From: Eledone cirrhosa
Taxonomy: Eukaryota
NCBI GenBank assembly: GCA_964016885.1
Contig: OZ024741.1
Location: forward strand, 295,182,001 to 295,246,000
DNA: 64,000 nucleotides
Direction of reading: 5' to 3'
A model generated the notes under the pieces. That model ran no database searches and had not been told where the DNA came from. It saw only the letters and a list, made by a program, of their open reading frames with translations. A program made the translations under genes and the position numbers. Within the stretch, counting starts at the first letter, position 1. Every line of letters begins with the position of its first letter. Positions 25,491 to 39,454 of this stretch are shown here, one piece after another.

Positions 25491-26042
25491 AATATGCTGC
25501 CTAGTAAAATCTACCAGTCTCTTCCACCTTTCCCTTAATTTAGCTACTTAAGTTGGTTTTTATTATTATTCATTTTTCATAATGCGAACATTATATACAC
25601 CAAATGAAATTTGTTGAATAAATTTACGCAAGTTAAAATGAAAATATTTCAAAACAGGACATATCCTAAGTAGATGATAAACAGGAATGGTGCACCTCTA
25701 TCACATTGTAAGACCCCTGGATGTCAATCAATGTTAGTACTATCACCTGATAGAGACAGTTATTTCGTCAATATATATATATATAATATAATATAATATA
25801 TATATTAAAGAAATAACTGTCTCCATCAGGTGATTGTACAGTTTTCCAAGAGATTGTGATTTGAATGGACCTGTTTTTTTTCTCTCTCTGACTCCCTCTC
25901 TCTCTCTCATATATATATATACATACATACATGTATATATATATATGTATATATATATATATGTATATATACATGTGTGTGTATATATATATGTATATGT
26001 ATATATGTATATGTATATATATGTATGTACATATGTGTATAT

Positions 26043-26605
26043 GTATCTTGGCTCATATATCTCCTCCTCCAAAAAAGATTTTCTAACTAGGAAGAGTATG
26101 GCATGGTCAGCGTGCAATGACATGCACGCCATATGGACATCTCAACTTACCAACAAGCTAAAACTGGAAATATTCCAAGCAACCATTAAGCCCATATTAC
26201 TTTATGGATCCGAAACTTGGACACTAACATCACAACTTGAGAGGAGATTGGATGGCACATATACCCGCCTCTTAATGAGAGTGCAAAACCTATCCTGGAA
26301 ATGACATCCCACCATGTCTAAAATCTATGGCAAACTCCCTCGAGCCTCTGCCCTTCTAAAATCCCGGAGAGCTCAATTTGCTGGCCACTGTCACCGTGCC
26401 AGCAATGAAATCATATCCGCTCTCTTGCTCTGGAACCCTGACTCCAGCCTGACTAGGAGTAGGAAGCTGTCATTCCCTGATGTTATCTCTAGGGATACGG
26501 GAATCAGTAGACAGGACCTGGGGGCAGCGATGGGGGACAGGGAATTCTGGGGCATGAGAGTGAGATCCATCATCTCGACAGTAGTCAACGAATGCTGATG
26601 ATGAT
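26043..26605 (+). mobile_element. RTE-clade LINE 3' fragment, family C
   Basis: [33 protein letters not shown] with one in-frame stop; the ORF ends directly in (TGA)n; inserted in (TA/TG)n. Confidence 0.9.
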
Positions 26606-26617
26606 GTATATGTATAA

Positions 26618-26667
<50 letters not shown>

Positions 26668-26892
26668 ATGTGTATATATATGTGTATATGTGTATATATA
26701 TATATGTGTGTATATGTGTATATATATATGTGTGTATATGTGTATATATATGTGTGTATATGTGTATATATATGTGTGTATATATGTGTGTATATGTGTA
26801 TACATATATATATGTGTGTATATGTGTATATATATATATATGTGTATATGTGTATATATATATATGTGTATGTATATGTGTGTATATATATA

Positions 26893-26933
<41 letters not shown>

Positions 26934-27087
26934 GTGTATATATATATATACGTGTATATGTGTATATATATATATACGTGTATAAGTGTATATATATATA
27001 TGTGTGTATATGTATATATGTATACATATATATGTATCTACATATTTATGCATATATATATATGTTTGTGTGTGTGTGTGTCTGTCT

Positions 27088-27620
27088 GAGAGAGAGGACA
27101 TCTCGAAGCCAATCATTAAAAAACTACCAAGATTGGAGATACAATATATTGTGAAATATTTACCAACTATAAACAACATTTTTGAGTACATGAAGGTTAC
27201 AAAAATATTCAACAACAGAACCTCCAAGCTGCTTTACAGCTTCCCTTGCTTTCCATTGTTTTTATGCTTATTTTGCCTCCAATTGACCTTCCTTATTTAA
27301 ATATTTTAATTGATCTATTTTTTTAATACAAATTTTTATGTTTATATTCATTCTTTTATGTTACAAACATTTTTTCACACTCAGAGTTGCAGAAGCATGG
27401 AACAAACTACCTGCATCAGTTGTTAGCTGCGGAGACACTGCATCCTTTAAAACCTCCGTGCTTCCTGAGATTCGCCAACACATCTGATATCCCCCCCCCC
27501 TACATATATACGCACACATGTATTTCATGACTCATACACTGTCCATTTTCCTGACATTTGTATTATTCTATGTATACCTTTGATGAGTTGTAGTGCACCT
27601 GAGCACTGTACACAATAATT

Positions 27621-27652
<32 letters not shown>

Positions 27653-27765
27653 TAATTCTCTATATCTTGTTTTTTTGTTTCTCAACCATGAAAAGTAGTA
27701 GATACTTCTCCTAGCCTATCATGGCTTACCAGCTCTATATGGGCGTTTAAATGATTAAATAAATA
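27088..27765 (+). mobile_element. I-clade-like LINE 3' end interrupted by a CR1 fragment
   Basis: Matches 14915-15220 on both sides of 27352-27652. Confidence 0.55.
27352..27652 (+). mobile_element. CR1/L2-type LINE 3' fragment with (ATT)n tail
   Basis: FFTLRVAEAWNKLPASVVS...SFK is the CR1-type ORF2 C-terminus. Confidence 0.75.
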
Positions 27766-28059
27766 TATATAGATAGCTAGATAACTGTAAATGTGTAGAT
27801 AATATGCATGTTTTTGTAGTCATCGATTTCTTGTATTAGAAGAATCTTTACTAACAGTTATTGAAAACTTCTCAGTTCACATCTATATCGAAATCTATGT
27901 TTTATTCATCAATTATTATCAATAATCTATCTATCACTTCAAATCAGATCATAGATTAATCAGATTGTATTAGTTTTAGTCATTGTTAGTAGCTTAATTA
28001 ATTTGGCGAGACTAGCTATTGAACTAACTCTGCTACTTTCTTGCCTACTTAACATACCA

Positions 28060-28243
28060 ACCCACCTACCTACCTTCCTACCCACATACATACATACATA
28101 TGTACCTATCTATCTTCCTACATAGCTTTCTACCTACCTACCTTCCCACCTACCTGTATCTATCTATCTGCCTGTATGTCTATCTATCTATCTACCTACC
28201 TACCTAATTTCCTATCTGCCTACCTTCCTACCTACCTACCTAC

Positions 28244-28278
<35 letters not shown>

Positions 28279-28548
28279 CCTACATAGCTTTCTACCTACC
28301 TACCTTTCTACCTAACTATCTACCTTCCTACCCATCTTCCTATTTACCTACATCCTTACCTAGCTAACTTCCTACCTACCCATCTGCATATTTTACTTCT
28401 TCCTTTTCTTCTTCTTCCTTTTCTTCTTCTTCTTCTTCTTCTTCTTCTTCTTCTTCTTCTTCTTCTTCTTCCACGAAGCCCTGCTTTTGTTTCCATTCCT
28501 CAGTTATCCTTAGTGCTACATCAACCATATCAGCTATGTTGCTATCTT

Positions 28549-28599
<51 letters not shown>

Positions 28600-28600
28600 T
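28060..28600. repeat. Adjacent (CTAC/CTAT)n, (TTC)n and (CTA)n microsatellites
   Basis: Directly visible. Confidence 0.95.
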
Positions 28601-28949
28601 TGCTGCTGCTTGTGTTGGCTATCTTCTGGTTGAGCAAAGCTTCTCTTCCTCTCTCACACTACCTGCAATTTAACACTACACACACACAATGAAATTAACA
28701 CACATACACACGATGATGTCAACACACTCACATCCACATGATGGAATCAACATACATACACACATATTTAACTGTATATATGTGTGTGATTCTCTTATTT
28801 TTATGAAAACACTGTAAGTTCTTTGCTGCTATTAAAATCTTCCAACGGTGAATGCTGCTGGCTAGATTGCAGAATATACACACACACACACATACACACA
28901 TTTACATAGAATATATACATACATAGTTTATATATATACACACACATAG

Positions 28950-29001
<52 letters not shown>

Positions 29002-29097
29002 TACATTGTTTATATATATATATAAATATATATGTATATATATATATATATATATATACATACACACCCACATACATTGTTTATATATATATAAATA

Positions 29098-29162
<65 letters not shown>

Positions 29163-29308
29163 ACACCCACATATATTGTTTATATATATATAAATATATA
29201 TGTATATATATATATATATACATACACACCCACATACATTGTTTATATATATATAAATATATATGTATATATATATATATATATACATACACACCCACAT
29301 ACATTGTT

Positions 29309-29405
<97 letters not shown>

Positions 29406-29415
29406 ATATATATAC

Positions 29416-29464
<49 letters not shown>

Positions 29465-29465
29465 C

Positions 29466-29503
<38 letters not shown>

Positions 29504-29505
29504 AT

Positions 29506-29579
<74 letters not shown>

Positions 29580-29581
29580 AT

Positions 29582-29640
<59 letters not shown>

Positions 29641-29705
29641 CATACATACATACATATATACATACATATACATATCTTTATACATATCTTTATATATATA
29701 TATAT
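28950..29705. repeat. (TA)n-based minisatellite with repeated CACACCCACATACATTGTTT interruptions
   Basis: About five higher-order units at 28985-29330. Confidence 0.9.
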
Positions 29706-30291
29706 ATTCATCTCATGTCTATTTTTCAGGCTACATACACACACACACAGTTTATGCAGTTATTTAGTTAGAATGGAAATTGGACACTAGTTGGAACTCT
29801 ACAACTTTAGAGAGGAACATTCTATCAATAACCAAAGAACAAAACATATTTTATTTTAACATTGTTCCAAAAGAAATATTGCATGGTAGTAAAGTTACAA
29901 TTTACCATTTACCCCTATGCATACATAGCTACACACACACATATATATATATATGTAAATATATACTAAATAGAGAATGAATCGATACATACAAAATATC
30001 TATCTTTTAAACTTGTTATATATATATATTGTTACATCTAAAATATATCTTTTAAACTTATATATTTGTGTGTGTATATATTTATATGCGTGTGTGTATA
30101 TATTTATATGCGTGTGTGTATTTTTGCTGGTTTCACTCATTGGAGTGCCATCATGCTGGGACACCAGTTTGATTTAGGTGATCATATCAAACCCACTGTG
30201 ATTTTCATATCTGGTACATTTTATCAATCTCTGAATTATGGGGAGGGGGGCAGTCACAGACCCAAACTTAGGCATGAACAGACACACATAC

Positions 30292-30327
<36 letters not shown>

Positions 30328-30328
<1 letters not shown>

Positions 30329-30528
30329 AGTTATTCCGGGTTCAATCGGAGGTAAACACAGTAAGTAAGGTACTCAATACATAGCAGAGTATAAATGTTT
30401 TAATTTAGAAAAGCTTCTACAAGGCTAGAACTGTTTCATTCGTGAGAAATCATCAGGAAGCGCTTCCTGATGATTTCTCACGAATGAAGCAGTTCTAGTC
30501 CTGTAGACGCCTTTCTATATTAAAACAT
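30328..30528. mobile_element. Fold-back element, family H3, with two back-to-back type I hammerheads
   Basis: Palindrome centred at 30461/30462 plus a left-only ~65-nt extension; a related half copy lies at 51005-51090. Confidence 0.75.
30413..30461 (-). ncRNA. Type I hammerhead ribozyme motif (core intact, weak stem II)
   Basis: GCTTC-CTGATGA-TTTC-TCAC-GAAT-GAAA-CAG-TTCTAGCC-TTG-TA-GAAGC: stem I GCTTC/GAAGC, GUA cleavage triplet. Confidence 0.6.
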
Positions 30529-30672
30529 ATATATATATAAAATATATACACATATGCTATCGAAATGGTGTAGGCTTAACCATAGGACAAATCTCTTTAA
30601 TAATATCTATATGTTCCTTAAGTATAAAATACAGTTGAAAAATTGTCTTTCAGGTCTTAACTAGTAACATCT

Positions 30673-30737
<65 letters not shown>

Positions 30738-31856
30738 GGTGTAAAGCATGGTTGAAGGGACAAATAACAGCCTTGCAACTAATTTGGTTAAGAGAGATTT
30801 TTTTATAATTTTACAGCAGAAATAATCCAGGCAGTGCCTTGAATGAGCAAAGTAACTTACCTGTCTTTTATAATAAATTCTTAAAATACCTAGCAAAATG
30901 TTCCACCTGGTTGCAACTTCCTTAAACCATAAATAACTTTCTAAACATACATCATACAAAAGATTCAGGCACAGGACTGTATTAATAATATTGATAATAA
31001 TAATAATAATTATAATAATGTGTGTGAGTGAATGAATTAAATATAAACAGCTCTCTTTCATGATGTGTTCTACAAAATATTCCTGGAAATTTTACACACG
31101 GATTACACCTTAAATCATGCATAACTTTCTCAACACACACACCATACACATATACACAACATAAACAAACACACACAGCACATACATATCATGCACAATA
31201 CATAATTTGAATGCTGAAGAATGAAAAGAAGATAAACCATGAAGAATATTTGGCATTACCATCTGCTATGATTCTGGATCGGCAAAATGACTGCAACTCC
31301 ACAGTGGAAATGTTGATATATGTGTATCTTTCTGATAATTCTCTAAATAGCACCAGTGTAATAGATGTGTGTAAAGAAATATATAATTGATGCAGTATAT
31401 ATATATATACATACTATGTGTGTATCTAGGAATGTATGTGTGTATGCATGTGTGTGTATGTTTCAATATGTATGTTTATATATGTTTATTATCTATGTAT
31501 GTATTTATGTATATGCATGCATACATGTAAGTATGTAAATATGTATGTATGTATGTAATGTATGTGTGTGTGCATGTATTTGTGTGCATGCATGAATGAA
31601 AGTATGCACATATGTATGAATGAATGTATGTAATGAATATTTAACTATCAAGATTATTATATTTATGTAAAAAGTATAGACATCTGTGTCTTAATCATTA
31701 GATTAATAATATAAATAATAGACAAACATTATATTTCAATAACTAGTAGTACACTATTGATTAGTGATTTAACTCCTTCACCTTGTGGCTTCTTGAACAA
31801 GTTAGTAAATATTACATACATACACATGTACATGCTTACATATACCTATACTCACT

Positions 31857-31907
<51 letters not shown>

Positions 31908-32469
31908 GGGTGTGCATGTGTTTATAAAATCACTTTTAGATGGAGGCATTTATTTGAAAGTTTATACCATACTTCCAAACAATATTTTCGTATTTTACAA
32001 ATATTTCTATATATTTACCTTTATACTATGTTAGAATTATATTTTCTCAAAACTTCTTCATAATATATTTCTTTTGGTAAGGAAAAGAGGGAGGTGGAAT
32101 AAAGCAAAGCAATCAGGTATTTTCTCATTTTTTTTGGTGGGGAGTTTATATTTTTGTATTTTTTAAACTTCGCATTCAATAAAAGAAAAAGGTTCACCAG
32201 GAAATTGTTATTTTTTCTTTCTCAAACTCACATCAATTATTTTTTGACCATTTTTCAAGTTGGAATTAATTGGAATTATATTCAGGTAATCCATCAATTT
32301 GTTTTTAAAATGGACACAGGTTATTTTTCCTATACTTTCTCATTCTCATTCTCTCACTTATTTTTTTTCTATATTTCATTACCACATAAAAATTGCTATA
32401 CTCTGTGTTATAGACATACATGTGTGTTTGCATACATGTACATACGTGTGTGTGAGTCTTTGTGTATGC

Positions 32470-32508
<39 letters not shown>

Positions 32509-33564
32509 CATACATACACCCATAATATTGAAAGAGAAATGAGTTTCTGTAAGAATCTGTGATAGTAATGTATACCCAATTAAGATTAATCTGCATTTTT
32601 TCAAAAACATATATAAATATGTGCACAAACACACACACACACACACACATATATTTATATATATATAAACACATATACCCACATGCACACATACATTTAT
32701 GCACATGTATATGTATAAATTTTGGTGCTAGAGTGTACATAGTAATGCTGCTGTTATTGATGATGTTGTCATCATTGTCATTGTTGGTTGTTGTCGTTAG
32801 GCAATCAGACTTAGTGTTTTCCACAGGTTTTCACACACCAACAGCTGCTAATATATTGTTGACTAACTACAATGACAGTGACTGTAAGATGTGATCCCAA
32901 ATCACCAGCTATTCCCCCTCAGATATACTGTTACTACTCATGCCACTTCTGCTGAGTGTGATTCTGCCAGGAACCGCTGCCACTACCATTACCACCACAC
33001 CACCACCAACATCAACACAGTCACTACCGTCCCCATCACCACCACTACCACCAACACCATCGCTACCATCACCATCACCACCATCACTGCCAACCGCTGC
33101 TGTTGCTGCTGTTGTTGTGATATTTCCCCAACCAAAATATATACATCTTCGATCAGGTTTATTCTTCAACTTACCTCGACTGCTGGACTACCTGGGCCTC
33201 CAGAAAATACATGGGCCAGAATATTACGACGACACTTCGAGGTGGGTGCAAACTCTTCTCATGCACATGCACACACAGACACACATACACATACAAACAA
33301 GCCTATATACGTATATACATACATATACATGCATACATATGTACACACTCACTTAAACATCCATCTATTGAGTAAGAAGCTAATCTGCTGGTCAAACACT
33401 TCACATCAATAGATTTCTCTCAGTTTATTTCCCCTTCCCCTGCCTTTCCTCACCCTCCTTAAGACACGCACTCTCTCTCTCTCTCTCTCTCCTTGAATAA
33501 ATGTTATTTTTGTATTATCAGTGTCACTAATTGTGGAACATCTCCACCCCTATATTAACTGTTA

Positions 33565-33620
<56 letters not shown>

Positions 33621-33943
33621 TACAGCCTTCATTCCACCTTCACTTTACTCCACCATGACCACCACTATCAACATGAACCAGTACTGGAACACATTCATAC
33701 ATATTCTTGCCCACCCTTCCTTACTTTCTTTTTGTTTGTGATTTAACTGAACAGAATATTTTTTGAAAAGTTTTCCTTTCTGTAATTCTAGTTTCATTTT
33801 GGTTCAGTGTGTTGCTATTTATAGGAATTATATAAATATAATTCCTGTCAACATTATTTTCTCTGTCCAAATGTGTGTATATATGTATATGTGGCTGTGT
33901 GTGTGTGTATATATGTATATATGAATGTACGTGTGTATATATA

Positions 33944-33975
<32 letters not shown>

Positions 33976-34033
33976 CATACACATATATATATATAATAAT
34001 GGTAGTTAAGAACGGATTAAATCACAATAATTG

Positions 34034-34074
<41 letters not shown>

Positions 34075-34264
34075 AGTGGGTGAGGATATATATATATATA
34101 TATATGTATACGTGTGTGAGTGTGTTTTGGTGTGTGTGTGTGTGCATGGTGTTGACATATATATACACATATAGGATGTTTTCAAAAGTGCATCTCTCTT
34201 GTGTTCATAAGAATATGCATTTACAAATTGTTTACATTTATTTTTACATTTTTATATATATGTG

Positions 34265-34317
<53 letters not shown>

Positions 34318-34361
34318 ATATATATATATATCATCTCCATTTAATATCCCTCTAGCTTGGG

Positions 34362-34404
<43 letters not shown>

Positions 34405-34420
34405 TATGCATATATACATA

Positions 34421-34818
34421 CATCATCATCATCATCATCACCGTTTTACGTCCGTTCTTCCACGCTAGCATGGGTTAGACGGGTTGTCCTGTTGTGGGCA
34501 GTGTCCGGTCAGCTGGCGTTCTCTTGCTCATACGGGAACTGATTCTGGCTTGATTTCTACAGCCAGATGCCCTTCCTAACACCAACCTCATTTACAGTGA
34601 GTGCTGGGTACTTTTTTGCTGTGGTACCTGCACAACCACTTTGCAGAGGAATGATAGGGACTCTAGTCCTATCATCTCATTTCTACAGCTGAGTAAAATT
34701 GAGCAGTGTGAAATAAAGTGTCTTGCTCAAGGAAACAACACATCACCCGGTCTGAGAATTGAACTCACAAGCTTTCGATTGCAAGCCCAATGCTCTAACC
34801 ACTAAGCCATGTGCCTTC
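34421..34818 (-). mobile_element. SINE family A with type-2 tail
   Basis: Full tRNA head and CORE-like body; the 3' end is CCATGCTAGCGTGGAAGAACGGACGTAAAAC plus (GAT)n. Confidence 0.9.
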
Positions 34819-34899
34819 ATCTATATGTATACACACACACATTCATTCATTCAAACACACATTAACAACTAGAGAGTATCCTTCAATGGATGTTAATAT

Positions 34900-35228
34900 G
34901 CATGAACGACAAAGTATGGATGAGCTGAGAGAAAAGCTGGGTATGACAGGAAACAGATGTAGTATGCTGGAGAGGAGACTGCACTGATATGGACATGAGA
35001 TGTTTATGGATTATGGTCATTGGGTAAAGAAGAAATTCCAATGGCAGAAAGTTGCAATTGAGGGTGACCAAGAAAGACCTGGGTGACTGTTGGGAGAGCT
35101 TATCATAAGCTCACAGTGCAAATAGTGAATACCCATGTCAAGTGGAGGCAAGTTGTGCTAGATAGGACCTGTCTACCCTATGCAAACATGGAAAAACTAA
35201 AGTTAAATAATAATGATAATGATAATAC
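34900..35228 (+). pseudogene. Old degenerate RTE 3' fragment
   Basis: GATGAGCTGAGAGAAAAGCTGG, AAGAAAGACCTGGG, and an end CCTATGCAAACATGGAAAA followed by an (AAT/GAT) tail. Confidence 0.6.
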
Positions 35229-35384
35229 ATACAAACATATATATATGCACACACACATACATATATGATACACATACAATTAAACAGGTGTATATAAATG
35301 TATATATACATAAATATATATATATACAAATGCATGTATATATTTATATGTATATATGTAAACGTTTATGTATCTATATATGTA

Positions 35385-35728
35385 TCATCATCATCATCAT
35401 TTCATTTTACGTCCCATTTTTCCCTGCTTGCAAGGGTGGGACGGGAACTGATGCTGGCTTGATTTCTACAGCTGGATGCCCTTCCTAACACCAACCTCAT
35501 TTACAGTGAGTGCTGGGTGCTTTTTTGCCGTGGCACCTCCACGACCACTTTGCAGTGGTATGATATGGACCCCAGTCCCTATCATCTCATTTCTACAGCT
35601 GAGTAAACTGGAGCAATGTGAAATAAAGTGTCTTGCTCAAGGAAACAACACATCACCAGGTCTGAGAATTGAACTCACAACCTTTTGATTGCAAGGCCAA
35701 TGCTCTAACCACTAAGCCATGTGCCTCC
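35385..35728 (-). mobile_element. SINE family A, full length, type-1 tail
   Basis: Head GGAGGCACATGGCTTAGTGGTTAGAGCATTGG..GAGTTCAATTC. Confidence 0.9.
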
Positions 35729-35729
35729 A

Positions 35730-35891
35730 TGTATATGTATGGATATAAGTATATGCATATATATAGGCATGTATATGTGTATATATATATATATATGTGT
35801 GTGTATATGTATATATGTATATGTATATATATGTATATATATGTGTGTGTATATGTATATATATATGTGTGTGTATATTTATATATGTACA

Positions 35892-35966
<75 letters not shown>

Positions 35967-36349
35967 ATTTATATATGTACATGTATATGTATATATGTAT
36001 ATATATAAATATGTATATATATATATGTATATATATATTCATATTTGTATATATATGTATATCTATACATATATATTTATATTTGTATATATATATATAT
36101 TCATATTTGTATATATATATGTATATCTATACATATATATTTATATTTGTATATATATTCATATTTGTATATATATGTATATATATATACATATATATTT
36201 ATATGTATATATATGTGAATATATATGCATATATTTATTTATATATTTATATTTGTATATATATATATTCATATTTGTATATATATATATATTTATATTT
36301 GTAGATATATATATATTTATATTTATATTTGTAGATATATATTCATATT

Positions 36350-36384
<35 letters not shown>

Positions 36385-36761
36385 GTATATTTATATATGT
36401 ACATGTATATATGTATATATATAAATATGTATATATATATATATATGTATATATATATTCATATTTGTATATATATATGTATATCTATACATATATATTT
36501 ATATTTGTATATATATATATTCATATTTGTATATATATATGTATATCTATACATATATATTTATATTTGTATATATATTCATATTTGTATATATATGTAT
36601 ATATATATACATGTATATTTATATGTATATATATGTGAATATATATGCATATATTTATTTATATATTTATATTTGTATATATATATATTCATATTTGTAT
36701 ATATATATTTATATTTGTAGATATATATATATTTATATTTGTAGATATATATTCATATTTG

Positions 36762-36797
<36 letters not shown>

Positions 36798-36860
36798 ATT
36801 TGTAGATATATATTCATATTTGTATATATATATATGTATATACATATATATATATATATC
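35730..36860. repeat. Compound (TA)n array with an internal ~420-bp higher-order duplication
   Basis: The interruption pattern (GTACATG, ATCTATAC, GTGAAT, GTAGAT) at about 35960-36370 recurs at about 36380-36760. Confidence 0.8.
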
Positions 36861-37452
36861 TATCTAAGGCGGGTAAAATTCCCGAGATCCATGGACGAGT
36901 TCTCTCCAGCGGTCTCTGTCCCTCATTATCGCTGCCATGTCCTGCATCTCCAGCAGACCAGTGTCTGTCCTTAGGGCATCAACATACGTTAACCTTGGTC
37001 TTCCTCTTCTAGTGTGTCCATGGTAGAGAATGTTGAGAAGCCAGAGGGGATCACTAATGTAGGCGGGAAGCCGCTGGAATTGGTTGAGGACTTCCTGTAT
37101 TTTGAATCAAGGATTGGGAATACGGAGGATGATGTGGTTGAGAGGAAGAGCAAGGCCTGGGCGGCGTGCCACAGCTTGAGATCGGTGTGGAAGTCGGACC
37201 TACGTAGAGACCTTAAAATCCGCCTCTTCATTGCTGTAGTGGAGTCTGTGCTGCTGTATGGGTCTGAGACTTGGACACTGACCAAGAAACTCACTCAGAT
37301 GGTGGATGGGTGCTACACGAGAATGCTGAGGATGGCTCTGAACATTAATCAGTATACACTGAGGATGAAAAACTCAGAGCTGTATGGGAGCATCCCAAAA
37401 GTCAGCTCAAAAGTGACACAGAGGAGACTGAGGTTGGCTGGACATGCTCACC

Positions 37453-37455
<3 letters not shown>
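36860..37455. mobile_element. RTE-clade LINE with 5' inversion
   Basis: Minus 36860-37022 encodes [17 protein letters not shown]...EFYPP* then TAGA; plus 37020-37455 encodes the upstream part, [22 protein letters not shown]. Confidence 0.85.
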
Positions 37456-37518
<63 letters not shown>

Positions 37519-37676
37519 TATATATATACATTATATGTATATATATATACATTATATGTATATATATATACATTATATGTATATATATACATTATATATA
37601 TATATATACATTATATATATATATATATTATATATATATATATAAAAATATATATATTATATATATATATATATAT

Positions 37677-37707
<31 letters not shown>

Positions 37708-37848
37708 ATATATATATGTATGTATATATATATATATATATATTATGTATATATATATATATTATATATATATATATATTATATATATATATATATATAT
37801 ATGTGTGTATATATATATATATGTATGTATGTATATATATATATTATG

Positions 37849-37927
<79 letters not shown>

Positions 37928-38124
37928 GTATATATATATATATTATATGCATATGGTTATATATATATATTTGCATGTATATGTATATATATTTATGTAT
38001 CTGTATATGTATCTCTATATGCCTGTATATATTTATATATATACGTATATATTTATGTATATATATATCTACATGTATCTGTATATGTATATGCATGTAT
38101 ATATTTATATATGCATATATATAT

Positions 38125-38179
<55 letters not shown>

Positions 38180-38181
<2 letters not shown>

Positions 38182-38805
38182 GAGAGGGTGTTAAAGTTTG
38201 CTTGAAGCATTGTGAAATGTGTAAAATACGTAGTTTAGAAAGCCACAACAATGCAGAGGGAAATCTCGAGGTAGGAATTGAATGATAGATAGGAGAAACA
38301 GGAGAAAGTGAAAATTGAGAGAGACAAAGATGAAAACAAAACAAAGGTAGAAGGGTTACCGTAGTGGAGATTTAATCCCAATATTTCGGGCTCACGCCCA
38401 TCAACGGAGGAAAGTTCCAAAAGAGGGGGGAACAGGCTAAGCGGAGAAAATTGTGATGTCGTTAAGACAGGAATGCTGTTGTGCTAGAAAGGACCTGTCT
38501 ACCCTATGCAAACATGGAAAAACTAAAGTTAAATAATAATGATAATGATAATACGGCATTCCTGTCTTAACGACATCACAACTTTCTCCGCTTAGCCTGT
38601 TCCCCCCCCCCTTTTGGAACTTTCCCCCGTTGATGGGCGTGAGCCCGAAATATTGGGATTAAATCTCCACTACGGTAACCCTTCTACCTTTGTTTTGTTT
38701 TCATCTTTGTCTCTCTCAATTTTCACTTTCTCCTGTTTCTCCTATCTATCATTCACTTCCTACCTCGAGATTTCCCTCTGCATAGTTGTGGCTTTCTAAA
38801 CTACG

Positions 38806-38812
<7 letters not shown>
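38180..38812. mobile_element. Fold-back element, family H4: ~257-bp inverted arms, hammerhead-like fold, captured 77-bp spacer
   Basis: Arms 38222-38478 and 38554-38812 are nearly identical in inverted orientation; left-only ~40-nt extension; each arm has stem I-CCGTTGA-T-GGGC-GTGA-GCCC-GAAA-TATT-GGGA. Confidence 0.8.
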
Positions 38813-38851
<39 letters not shown>

Positions 38852-38876
38852 TATATATATATATATATATATATTT

Positions 38877-38958
<82 letters not shown>

Positions 38959-39045
38959 GTATATATATATATATATATATTATGTATATATATATATATA
39001 TTATGTATATATATATATATATAATATGTATATATATATATATGT

Positions 39046-39098
<53 letters not shown>

Positions 39099-39105
39099 AT
39101 ATATA

Positions 39106-39190
<85 letters not shown>

Positions 39191-39305
39191 ATATATATAT
39201 ATATATATGTGTGTATATATATATATATGTATGTGTGTATATATATATATATGTATGTGTATATATATATATATGTATATATGTATATGTATATATATAT
39301 ATGTA

Positions 39306-39447
<142 letters not shown>

Positions 39448-39454
39448 TATGTGT

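Noticed and set aside
35660-35728. tRNA gene (A and B boxes, GCA-like loop)
   Set aside because: No proper acceptor stem, and it runs into a CORE-like body in several copies; it is a SINE head.
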